This document shows positions 49,499 through 58,869 of a DNA stretch of 64,000 bases, piece after piece. How positions within the stretch are numbered: position 1 is the stretch's first letter; each line of letters begins with the position of its first letter. Origin of the DNA: Nitrosopumilus sp. (GTDB taxonomy: Archaea > Thermoproteota > Nitrososphaeria > Nitrososphaerales > Nitrosopumilaceae); assembly GCA_965223425.1 (NCBI GenBank), contig OZ245003.1, forward strand, positions 1,600,001 to 1,664,000. The letters run 5' to 3'. A program made the position numbers and the translations under genes. The notes below the pieces were generated by a model, which saw only the letters and a list, made by a program, of their open reading frames with translations, did not search any database and had not been told where the DNA came from.

Positions 49499-51514
49499 TC
49501 AAGAATTGTCTGGTGGGTGATAGAGACCTTCTTCGGTCTCTTCGGCCTCTAGTATGACGCCAGACAGTGTTGCAAATATACCACGTCTCACCCTTTCTGC
49601 CAAAGGTATCTTTTTGAGACCGAATTTTTTGCAGTACAAATCATATACCTTTGGAGAGATATTATCTGTAGTGCCAGAGGATTTTGTGACATATCTAAAT
49701 TCCTTTACCTCATAAGATATGTCTCCAAACTTTTCCACAAATTCCTCTGTCAAATCCTCCTCCTTAAGGATTGGAAGAATGTATGATTTTATTTCCTTTT
49801 CAACATACAATAAATCAAGGCCCGTCTTTCTGCTAGTTTTGATTCTATTACCCCAATCCCTCTCGTATATCTTCACCATGACTGATGGAAATCCACATGC
49901 CATTTGTACGACATCCTCTCCAAAGCCCCATGCGCGTCTGCCACATGTTCCCTGTGAGTGGTCAGGATCAGATATTGCTATTTGACGTAGCAATTCGTTC
50001 AAGTTATCATCCTGCACGTACCATATCTTTGCGTTTTTGTCATGCCAGCAGTTGTTGTAAATGTCCTCTTCAGGAATTCCTTCTGGCTTTACAAACATGT
50101 CAAGTGTTGACGTGTTTCTGTCACGCTTCTTGATGTGTGCTTGTATATCATCAAATGACGCATTTGTTTCTCGCAGTGGATTCTTTCCCCTGAAATTATT
50201 CAGCTTTTCAATCAGGTACTCCACCCATGCACTGCCGTACTCGTCTTCAAACTCTGGAAGCGGGTTGCTCTTTTTCCATTCCTCGTATAGTATGTTGACT
50301 TGCCTGTCATATGCCCTCATGGACTGTGCAACTGTCATGTTGTAAGCATCAGTGGGGTCTTTGAACTCTGGATTTGCCTCTATCAGCTTTGTTATTGTTT
50401 CAACTGTCCTTTTGTACTCGTCTGACTTTTGCAGCTTTTTTAGATCGTCGGCCGAACCGCACTCCTTTTCCAGCCTGTCAAGCTCGTCCTTGTGAATTTT
50501 TATCTCGGCCATGTGCTTGTTTTTTCGTGTCGCAAAGTCATATGCCGTCTTTCTCTGCTCCAGCTCCTCTGGTGGAATCTCCGATATCAGATCAATCGGA
50601 AATCCCAACAGCTTGCAGGCCCGTATCACTAAAATGTCGCCATCAAAGAATATTGGAGCTCCAAACCCAAACGTGGTGGTCGCGTGCAGTCTCAGGTATT
50701 CCTGATATTCGGGATTTTCAGCCTTTGCCAAAGCATACACATCATCAGGTGTCATTTGCGAGTATTTCTGCTCGTACTGCATAAAGCTGTAGCCTGTATC
50801 ACGCCTATAGTCTGCAAGTGCGCCCTGCATCATTGACATTATGGCGTCCCTGTCCAGCTTGTCGTTTTTTATCTCAAACTCAAACTTGAAATCGGTGTTC
50901 TTGCCCGCCTCGTTCCATATGATTCGTATCTTGTTTCTTTTAATCGAGGTGATCAGCTTGAAGCAGTAGAACGGAACATCATATATGATTCCCTCCTCCT
51001 CTGTCTCCAATGCTATTCCAAGATTTGTCAGGTAGAACAGGCCCGTTCCCTTGTTTGTCTTTATTTTTTGAAATACACTGATGACATGCTCGTGCGGCTG
51101 CAGGATAAGCATCCCGTGCCTGTTCTCTGAGAACGTTGAGAGTTTCTCATGTTCGCGAATTATTCTGTGGCATATCTGGTTTGCAGAAAACTCCGAGCCG
51201 TCAAGATCAAAGTCCTTGTATTCCCTTTTCACGCTGCCGTCATCCTTTGCAACATAAAGCTGTATTCTTATCTTGTCCTTTTTTATCGGTGTGATGGAGC
51301 GGACATTCTGTACTGGTGCGGCAAATTTGACGTGGTCAGAGTCGTACTCTACAACCCTGAGATTTGTCACTGCCAATGTCCTGTTCTTCCTTACCCGAAA
51401 CTCGAGTATCGGTCTTTCATTTTCTAGCATTGCTAACATTTTATCAACCTCCTCTGGTGATTTGTGGAATCCGTTCCACTGCCTTCCGTGTCGTATGATG
51501 TTTTCATCATGCAA
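49499..51514 (-). CDS. Hypothetical protein with two PH-like domains
   Basis: LAVTNLRVV and GLFYLTNLGIALE resemble bacterial-PH core strands; central coiled coil. Confidence 0.6.
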   Translation of the reverse strand: MHDENIIRHGRQWNGFHKSPEEVDKMLAMLENERPILEFRVRKNRTLAVTNLRVVEYDSDHVKFAAPVQNVRSITPIKKDKIRIQLYVAKDDGSVKREYKDFDLDGSEFSANQICHRIIREHEKLSTFSENRHGMLILQPHEHVISVFQKIKTNKGTGLFYLTNLGIALETEEEGIIYDVPFYCFKLITSIKRNKIRIIWNEAGKNTDFKFEFEIKNDKLDRDAIMSMMQGALADYRRDTGYSFMQYEQKYSQMTPDDVYALAKAENPEYQEYLRLHATTTFGFGAPIFFDGDILVIRACKLLGFPIDLISEIPPEELEQRKTAYDFATRKNKHMAEIKIHKDELDRLEKECGSADDLKKLQKSDEYKRTVETITKLIEANPEFKDPTDAYNMTVAQSMRAYDRQVNILYEEWKKSNPLPEFEDEYGSAWVEYLIEKLNNFRGKNPLRETNASFDDIQAHIKKRDRNTSTLDMFVKPEGIPEEDIYNNCWHDKNAKIWYVQDDNLNELLRQIAISDPDHSQGTCGRRAWGFGEDVVQMACGFPSVMVKIYERDWGNRIKTSRKTGLDLLYVEKEIKSYILPILKEEDLTEEFVEKFGDISYEVKEFRYVTKSSGTTDNISPKVYDLYCKKFGLKKIPLAERVRRGIFATLSGVILEAEETEEGLYHPPDNS

Positions 51515-51580
51515 TATGTTACGTTAGCATGGTATATAAGAGTTAAACCATTATAAGGGCAATTCACGCACACCATACAC

Positions 51581-51715
51581 TAGAGTCACTGCGGGTTCTA
51601 TTGAGGCGTCATTATCAAGATATGTATCGGCGATGGCAGCAAAGCGGAAGAATATGATCCACGAGATCATGCTAAAGGTTGCCACGTACAACATGGTGAC
51701 AGCAAGGAGAGTGTG
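51581..51715 (+). pseudogene. IS5-like transposase C-terminal remnant
   Basis: Reads ...YVSAMAAKRKNMIHEIMLKVATYNM. The 29-bp stretch 51581-51609 is repeated at 52926-52954. Confidence 0.4.
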
Positions 51716-52045
51716 GAACGAATGTAGTGCGCTATTGGGCTGCAAGGAAGATGTCATCGGGACTGGGGTGGGAGGCTATGAAGCAAACTACAAATGAAGA
51801 CATGTTCCAATCATGTTAACACTAGTCATTTGCATACATGCCACATTTGGAACACTGTGGGTATTTCATCCTGGTGGCCATTACATAGTTGCATCCCTTA
51901 CATTTAACAAGTCTTTTCTCACCTGTCTTCTCCCTGTATTTTTCAGGCAGTCCGGGATTCATAAAATCGTCAAACATGTACCATATTTTAATGTATAAAA
52001 AATTATCTTATACATTAATATAGAAGATAAGTAATTATCTTATAC

Positions 52046-52747
52046 ATGCAACAAGTAAAAACTTTGAGCATACCAGATCTAAGAAACATCACGCTAGAGA
52101 CTCTAATAAAGTCGGTGAAAGATGCTTTTCTGAACAGACCAGATAAGAAAAAATCCGCGTCCCATTCACCGGGTACGGGCCAAGAGTTGTACGACCCTAA
52201 GAAGCATCATGGTCCCTGCCCTGTTTCAATAAAACTACAAGATTTGATGAAAAAACAAAAACCGAAAAAACCGCTGTACCTGCTGGACGTGCACATTCCG
52301 ATATCGTACAGGGAGAGAAGATCCGGGCTGTTCCTGCATCATAACGACATTGCGTGGAAGGGATGCAAGGACAGCGTGCTGCTGAAAATCGCGATAAAGG
52401 AGCAGCTGACAATAATTACAAATGACAAGGGACTTGTCATACGGGCCTGCAAAAAGGGCGTGAACGTCATCCATCAGGATCAGAAAAAGAACAGGTATCA
52501 CATCTACGGTTCAATGACCAGACCGCTGGGAAAACGCCTGACACCGGACAAAACCGGCAAAATGGCCGGCAACAGCTCGCAAAGCATGGTAAAAAAACCG
52601 CTGTCGGTTTTGCCAAATTGTTTAGGAGTGAAGTCAAAAGGGCATTTGTTTAGTGCCCTTGTGAAGGGGATGAAAATGATGGGAGGCGCATTTTTGCACC
52701 CTCCCGTCATGGTCGTCTATCTTTACAGGTACAAAAAATGCCAATGA
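52046..52747 (+). CDS. PIN-like (Mut7-C/DUF5615) domain protein
   Basis: YLLDVHIP...DSVLLKIAIKEQLTIITNDKGL. Confidence 0.6.
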   Translation: MQQVKTLSIPDLRNITLETLIKSVKDAFLNRPDKKKSASHSPGTGQELYDPKKHHGPCPVSIKLQDLMKKQKPKKPLYLLDVHIPISYRERRSGLFLHHNDIAWKGCKDSVLLKIAIKEQLTIITNDKGLVIRACKKGVNVIHQDQKKNRYHIYGSMTRPLGKRLTPDKTGKMAGNSSQSMVKKPLSVLPNCLGVKSKGHLFSALVKGMKMMGGAFLHPPVMVVYLYRYKKCQ

Positions 52748-53190
52748 TATGGCAAGTTAAAATGAGAAAAGCCCGTTAGAGTTGTGGTTCTTCAAATGTT
52801 ATTTACATCACTCAATACCGCAGGGTGTCACTTGCTCTAACGAAAAAAATCAAAGGTTGAAAGTGAAATAAAAAGATACGAGTCGGAACTAAGGTAGGTC
52901 TGACACAATACCTTTCTTAGGGGTGTAGAGTCACTGCGGGTTCTATTGAGGCGTGATTGGTGTGTCAAAATGAACTGCCAGAAGCTGCGGATTCGTGGCA
53001 TGGTATCACTGCGCTTTGGATAGATTTTATTCTGATGCGTAGGCATATTTGATACACTTTGAAAATTAGGAACTGGTAAGTTAACGAGACATCACTACAA
53101 ATTTTCTTTCTGGTAAGTGTCGAGGCTTTTTGATATATTGGTTCTGTTAGCGTCGTGAGATGTGCGTTCTGGATAATATGCCTTTGACGT

Positions 53191-53466
53191 CTAGTCATAC
53201 GGCCTTGTGTCAGGTGCATCTAAAACATACTCTCTTTTCTCATTCTTGGTGACTGTTATCCTGTCACCCTCCAGAAACCTGTATTTGTTATACAGCTTGC
53301 CAGTCATTATGTCGTCTTTGTGGTTTACCTTCATCTGATACTGTACATTATGAAAACTTAGGACAAATATCTCTCCAGATTTTGGAAAAAAATCTCTTTC
53401 AGCCTTATAGATATGCCAGTATCTATGCCTTGCCTCAGATCTGCTAAGCGTCTTGTTATATTCCAT
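53191..53466 (-). CDS. Small B3/pseudobarrel-like DNA-binding protein
   Basis: KTLSRSEA..YWHI...FFP...LEGDRITV. Divergent from the REase gene. Confidence 0.45.
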   Translation of the reverse strand: MEYNKTLSRSEARHRYWHIYKAERDFFPKSGEIFVLSFHNVQYQMKVNHKDDIMTGKLYNKYRFLEGDRITVTKNEKREYVLDAPDTRPYD

Positions 53467-53533
53467 TGTTGTGAATGCTTATGACTGTTCAATAAATGAT
53501 CTGGTTTATAGACCCATCTGTCAAAGAAAATTT

Positions 53534-54253
53534 GTGAAACCAAAACTTGACATTCCACAGTCAAAGGAGATTCTTTCAGAGGCGATAGAACACATAACAA
53601 ATGACACTCCAGAAAAGATGAAGCCAGAGTTTATCCGAGTCAACTTTTCAGACATGACGGAGCTTCTCTTTGATGAATCATACAGGATATATCTGGATTA
53701 TGAAAACAAAACAATCCAAAAACTGACCGATGATACGCTAAACAAGATAGACAAAGACACCCTCACAAAATCAGAGGTAAAAGCCATCATATCAAAGATA
53801 TCAAAAGATGTAATTTTACTTCAAAAAAGTCTCCAACAGTCAAGATTTGCAAGGGCAGGAAAGGCCTTTGAAATCATAGTGGAAGAATTGCTGTCAATTA
53901 TAGGAATAACTGGAGAGCATATCACAAGAGAGGACAAGAAAAGCGGATTAAGACCGATAGACTTTGTGATCCCAGACAGAGAGACTGCCATATCAAGACC
54001 AGACAAGGCACATTTTCTTTCATTAAAGACATCACTAAAGGATCGTTGGAAGCTTGTTGTAGAAGACCAGACACACGGACAACGGACACACCTAATCACA
54101 TTGCTACAGGGCGAGAAGCTTACAAATGCAGTTGCAGAGAAGATAATAAACCGAGGAATATTCATCTACATACCAGACAAGATCAAGGAGGACTGTTTTC
54201 CAGACAACAATCGTGTAAGGAAATTATCAAGTCTGCCATCAAATGTAAGCTAG
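53534..54253 (+). CDS. Type II restriction endonuclease, EcoRII C-terminal-like
   Basis: SRFARAGKAFE, IDFVIP and LSLKTSLKDRW. GTG 53534 avoids overlap with the divergent gene. Confidence 0.75.
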   Translation: MKPKLDIPQSKEILSEAIEHITNDTPEKMKPEFIRVNFSDMTELLFDESYRIYLDYENKTIQKLTDDTLNKIDKDTLTKSEVKAIISKISKDVILLQKSLQQSRFARAGKAFEIIVEELLSIIGITGEHITREDKKSGLRPIDFVIPDRETAISRPDKAHFLSLKTSLKDRWKLVVEDQTHGQRTHLITLLQGEKLTNAVAEKIINRGIFIYIPDKIKEDCFPDNNRVRKLSSLPSNVS

Positions 54254-54309
54254 AGAGCAACCAAAGGCTTTTTTAATTTTTATATAATCGTAATTTTGTA
54301 TGATGTGTA

Positions 54310-54891
54310 ATGAAGGTCCTTGTAGCCTGTGAGTTTTCTGGCATAGTCAGAGAGGCCTTTCGAAAAAAGGGACATGACGTGACAAGCTGTGACATGCTTG
54401 ATTCTGAAATTCCTGGCAAACACTACAAGGGTGATGTTCGGGATCTGCTTGACAAAAAATGGGATCTAATGATTGCCCATCCGCCATGCACACATCTGGC
54501 CGTATCAGGTGCAAAATGGTTCAAGGACAAAAAGAAGGAACAAAAGGAAGCCCTCGATTTTGTTTCCGAACTGATGAATTGCGACATACCACGAATTGCA
54601 ATAGAGAATCCAATATCTGTAATCTCTACAAAAATAAGAAAGCCTGATCAGATTATCCAGCCTTGGCAGTTCGGGCATGGTGAGACAAAGGCCACCTGTT
54701 TTTGGCTGAAGAACCTACCAAAGCTAAAGCCTACAAAAATAGTAGAGGGAAGGGAACAGCGTGTGTTCCGTACCCCACCCTCACCTGACAGATGGAAGAT
54801 TCGAAGTAGGACGTTTGAAGGAATAGCCAAAGCCATGTCTAGGCAGTGGGGCAAAGAAAACATCCCACTCCAGACGGTGCTTCATTCTTAA
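54310..54891 (+). CDS. Short phage-type DNA cytosine methyltransferase-like protein
   Basis: VLVACEFSG, HPPCTHL, IENP, QPWQFGH and RSRTFEGIAKAM. Confidence 0.75.
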   Translation: MKVLVACEFSGIVREAFRKKGHDVTSCDMLDSEIPGKHYKGDVRDLLDKKWDLMIAHPPCTHLAVSGAKWFKDKKKEQKEALDFVSELMNCDIPRIAIENPISVISTKIRKPDQIIQPWQFGHGETKATCFWLKNLPKLKPTKIVEGREQRVFRTPPSPDRWKIRSRTFEGIAKAMSRQWGKENIPLQTVLHS

Positions 54892-54997
54892 CTGTAAATG
54901 CTTTTTCCAGAGATTTTTTGTTTGGCATTACTTTACAAGCTCCAAAATTATCTGACCTGTCTTAACGTCTAATGTCCATCTTATTTTATGTTCAGTT

Positions 54998-55606
54998 GTG
55001 ATTTCTAGCATTTCAGCTATGTCTTTTGGAATTGCGCATCTTGCAATAGGATTGATCGAGTACCGCATGAAAGAAGCGTTTGGCGTAAGGCCGGAGGTAA
55101 AAGGAGTGCCAACAACATTGGAATCTGCAAAAAAACTTGCCTATTTGGACAAGTACCAGTTTGAAGCATGGGCTGTCACAAGGATAGACGGAATAATGCC
55201 AAATCAGAAAAAGGGAAAGGACAGGGGAATTGACGGCAGGGGATACATACATGTTGGTTCAGACTCAAAAGGCAACCCCAAATACGAAAGGATAATTGTT
55301 TCAGTAAAGGGCGGTCAGCATATAGGGCCTGCAATGATACGTGACTTGGAGGGTACAGTTGAAAGGGAGAAGGCGGGATTTGGAATATTCATTTGCATCA
55401 AAGAACCCACATCTGAAATGAAGAAGGAGGCCGCATCAGGTGAAATGTTTGAGACGCCTATTGGCACAAAGCATCCGAGAATCCAGATATACACAATCAA
55501 GGATTACTTTGATGGTAAGATGCCAGATCTTCCACAGATAAGCAATATAATGCAAGTTCCAAAACCTGAGCAGAAAAAGAAGGCGGGAACACAAACCACG
55601 CTTTAG
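54998..55606 (+). pseudogene. C-terminal Mrr-like nuclease portion of an MTase-nuclease fusion, 5'-truncated
   Basis: HLAIGLIE (end of an MTase domain), YQFEAWAV, DRGIDG, VSVKGG and MIRDLEGTV. No upstream MTase motifs. Confidence 0.6.
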
Positions 55607-55753
55607 ATAAATTTTGAATCTGGAGAAGATCGATATTTCATACCTATATTACTACAACTTGACAGAACCCCTGGCAGAACTATTTTTAAACAAGTTATTA
55701 AAAATAGATAATGCAGTGAAAATTAATCTCATTTTAATCAGGAGAATTTCTCT

Positions 55754-56833
55754 TTGAACATTATGATTATCGCAGGGGGCGGTGCCGCCGTAGCCGTGGC
55801 AATTATCGCAGCCGTACTGCTCGGTGGCGGGATAGGGCCCGATCTGGATAGAATCATAGAGACAAACGACTGCGATGCCGCCCTGGCACTCGTCGAGAGT
55901 GATTTAGAATCTGCCACTGCTGGACAGCAGCTATCACTGGGTGCATTGATTGTATCCTGCTCTTTTTTTGGGACACCGGATGACGATAAAAAAGACGTGG
56001 AATCGTAAATACGGAAAGAGGACGAAATCAAACAGGAGGAGGCAAGGATTGCAGATGTGGCAGATATCAAGACCCGGCAATGCAGCGAACTGCACGTCCG
56101 TGGATTATCAACCCATAATGAACCTGCACTAGAAAGATCTGCCATGTGGCTTGATTATGACAAAAACCTTGACATGATTAAAGAAGAAGATCCGTTTGAG
56201 TTTAAGGAACATTACAAGGCAATAGATGATGCATTATGTACCGATGATGATTTAGATCAGGAGGCATACAACAGACTAGAGAATTTTAGGAAAGGACTGA
56301 AAGAACTGCGCATGACTTCATGCAATACCCTGACTAGTGAATATGTTGTGTTGAAGGAATCCGTACTGATGGATTCAGATACATATAGAAAATATGTCTC
56401 TGGGATCAATAAGGCAAAGGACGGCAACGTACTGCTGATTGAAAATTTGAAGAAGACTTGTGACATTTCATTGGAAAAAATTAAAGACAGCAGGTATCTT
56501 ACAAAGGAAACATACAACACATACCATGCCAACTCAAATGCCATAGAAGACAGAAGAGTTGACGATTGTAATCGCTATGCCAATGAATATGGCGATATTT
56601 GGCTGTTCATAATAGAAAACTCATCCACCAAAAAAGAATGGAGTGAACATAACAAAATGACGCGGGAAGATCGAATGAAGTTAATCGATGATGCTGATTA
56701 TGCATGTGATTTAAATTCCAACCCATTCAGAACTGGGATCTGGAAAGATAATGACTATACTGATGAAACCGCAGAAAAAATGCATCAAATTAATGTAGAT
56801 CGTTCTATATATGACAATCTGCCAAATGAATGA
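55754..56833 (+). pseudogene. Secreted/membrane-anchored Cys-containing protein split by one in-frame stop
   Basis: ORFs 55754..56008 and 56057..56833 are in the same frame, separated only by TAA at 56006-56008; the intervening codons are open. Confidence 0.65.
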
Positions 56834-56870
56834 AAAATAGTGAGATGATAGATTCCAGTTGTGGCAATGT

Positions 56871-58239
56871 CAGTAGTTCCCAGATGTAGATTTGTGCCCA
56901 GATGTAGGTTTATGCCCAGATGCCGGTGCGTTACCGCATAACTGCAATGCAAAGATCCAGATTAGGCTACGGCGTGCAATATGTCATGAAAGTCGAATTA
57001 CATGACGAACTGATCGCACGCCAGTACAATATAACATCAAACCGGTTTAAAATCCTGCGCTCGTCGTTTCAAAAGCTTGGCATGCCAATGTCTGAGAGGC
57101 ACAACGCCGTATACGGATGCAATGACATACTGGACGTGCTAATCAAGGCGTCTGAGAGAAACACGTTTGTAGAATCCCTCGTACGGCACAACAGGCTTCA
57201 AGACACGGGTGCACGTACGCCTGATGCAGACCTGGTCATGTCTGCAGTCCGTGGCGTCAAACCGGCAGACGTGCAGGCCTGGTGTGCAAGGACGCTGGCA
57301 CGCACGGTGCGGCACGCCCGCCATGCAGGAATGCTGCAGGACATCGACGCCATTGCAATAGACGTTACGGACATACCATACCATGGGGAGCAGCTGCAGG
57401 AGCATACAAGAAAGTCGCGTCCAAGGGCAGGAACATCCACGTTTCTCTCGTATGTCGCAGTGCACGGAGTCGGCAGGGACTCCTCGCAGATTGTCCTGGA
57501 ATCGAAGCTACTACCGGCAAAGGAAAAACTGGCCGATTTTATAGCCAAAACACGCACGAAAATCCTCAGAGGGGGCGCACACTCAAAGACTGTGTTCCTG
57601 TACGACCGCGCCTTTTACAACGTTGACTGCATGACAGAGGCAGGAAAGGGCGGGTGCCGCTACATTATGCCTGTCATCATGAACTCCAAGATCAAGAGGA
57701 TAGTCAAGATGTACAAGGACGGAAAGGCAAGCCAGGTATCGCAGCAGTCAATGACCAACAAAGACGGCGTAACTGTGACCTACAACCTTGTAATTGTCAA
57801 AAGAGACAGGAAGAAGAAGAAAAAGGGGGAGGGGGAAGAGGAGGGGGAGGAGCAATACATTGCGTTTGCAACAAACATTCCCATCAGGAGCGCCAGAGCC
57901 ATGACAGGCATCATACCGGAGCAGTACCGCAAGAGATGGGGCATCGAGACGGGGTTTCGCGTCATAAAGGAGATCATGGGCAGGACATGCAGCAACTCCC
58001 TGTCTGTGAGGCTGCTGATGTTTTACCTGCCGCTGCTGCTGTACAACCTGTGGAGGATTGCCAGGTTCTGCCTTGATGCGGGAAAGAGGCACGGAAGAGC
58101 GTCTTCTGCGGGAAAAAAACTCACCATGGCGTTGTTTATCGTGTACATTACAAGCAGAAACGAGTTGTTTGTCAATGATCGAGGCAAGTAGAACCGATGC
58201 CAGTTGCGGTTGCGGTAAATCTACATCTGGGAACTACTG
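56871..58239 (+). mobile_element. ISH3-like insertion sequence, 1369 bp, intact
   Basis: Perfect 23-bp terminal inverted repeats CAGTAGTTCCCAGATGTAGATTT (56871-56893 and 58217-58239). 4-bp target duplication ATGT (56867-56870 and 58240-58243). Confidence 0.92.
56920..58191 (+). CDS. DDE transposase (ISH3/IS4-like)
   Basis: IAIDVT, LYDRAFY and YRKRWGIETGFR. Confidence 0.92.
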   Translation: MPVRYRITAMQRSRLGYGVQYVMKVELHDELIARQYNITSNRFKILRSSFQKLGMPMSERHNAVYGCNDILDVLIKASERNTFVESLVRHNRLQDTGARTPDADLVMSAVRGVKPADVQAWCARTLARTVRHARHAGMLQDIDAIAIDVTDIPYHGEQLQEHTRKSRPRAGTSTFLSYVAVHGVGRDSSQIVLESKLLPAKEKLADFIAKTRTKILRGGAHSKTVFLYDRAFYNVDCMTEAGKGGCRYIMPVIMNSKIKRIVKMYKDGKASQVSQQSMTNKDGVTVTYNLVIVKRDRKKKKKGEGEEEGEEQYIAFATNIPIRSARAMTGIIPEQYRKRWGIETGFRVIKEIMGRTCSNSLSVRLLMFYLPLLLYNLWRIARFCLDAGKRHGRASSAGKKLTMALFIVYITSRNELFVNDRGK

Positions 58240-58306
58240 ATGTCAATAATCCTGAATCATACCAAAAGGCAATATCCTTGGAACTAGAGTATTTCAAACG
58301 AAAAAA

Positions 58307-58768
58307 TCAGTACATAATCTGGACAAAGTCAAACCCCTCATCCCTGTTTGGCGGTTCGAGTTTTGCGTGGTGTGTGTCCAGGACCTTCCTGTCGAGCCTC
58401 CTGTGGCGTTTTTCATTTCTGGCGTAGGCCAGGGCCATGTTCTGGAAGAATATGCAGGATATTGCCGCCCCGTATCTTCTGCCGGTCTCAATGTGCCTTT
58501 TGCGTATGGGGCCGGTCAGATTGGTATCGTCGACTAGCACGTTCCGGTCCCTTGAGAGGGCGTCACATATGAGGACATTCTCCATCATTCTCTCCTCGCT
58601 CTCCCTTGTGCCGCATGGGACATACCTGTCCAGTATTGCTTTTCTGGCATTTTTTGGGATGTTTCTTATCCTGTCCAGTGAGACATGCACGTGATCGGGA
58701 AATGCGGTCCCTGCAAGCGTGGTTTTTCCGCTTCCTGCAATTCCAATCATGAGAATCAGCTCCATCAT
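58307..58768 (-). CDS. P-loop kinase (AAA_33/polynucleotide-kinase-like)
   Basis: GIAGSGKTT, SLD, VDDTN, RNEKR and LEPP..DEGF. Confidence 0.8.
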   Translation of the reverse strand: MMELILMIGIAGSGKTTLAGTAFPDHVHVSLDRIRNIPKNARKAILDRYVPCGTRESEERMMENVLICDALSRDRNVLVDDTNLTGPIRKRHIETGRRYGAAISCIFFQNMALAYARNEKRHRRLDRKVLDTHHAKLEPPNRDEGFDFVQIMY

Positions 58769-58869
58769 TTTGGAATGTTAGAATGGACAATATCAAGGAT
58801 GGGGCATTTTAATTCTGACTGGATGCCGTTCCCTCATATCTGTCTCAATACAACGCCTAAAGATACTCT

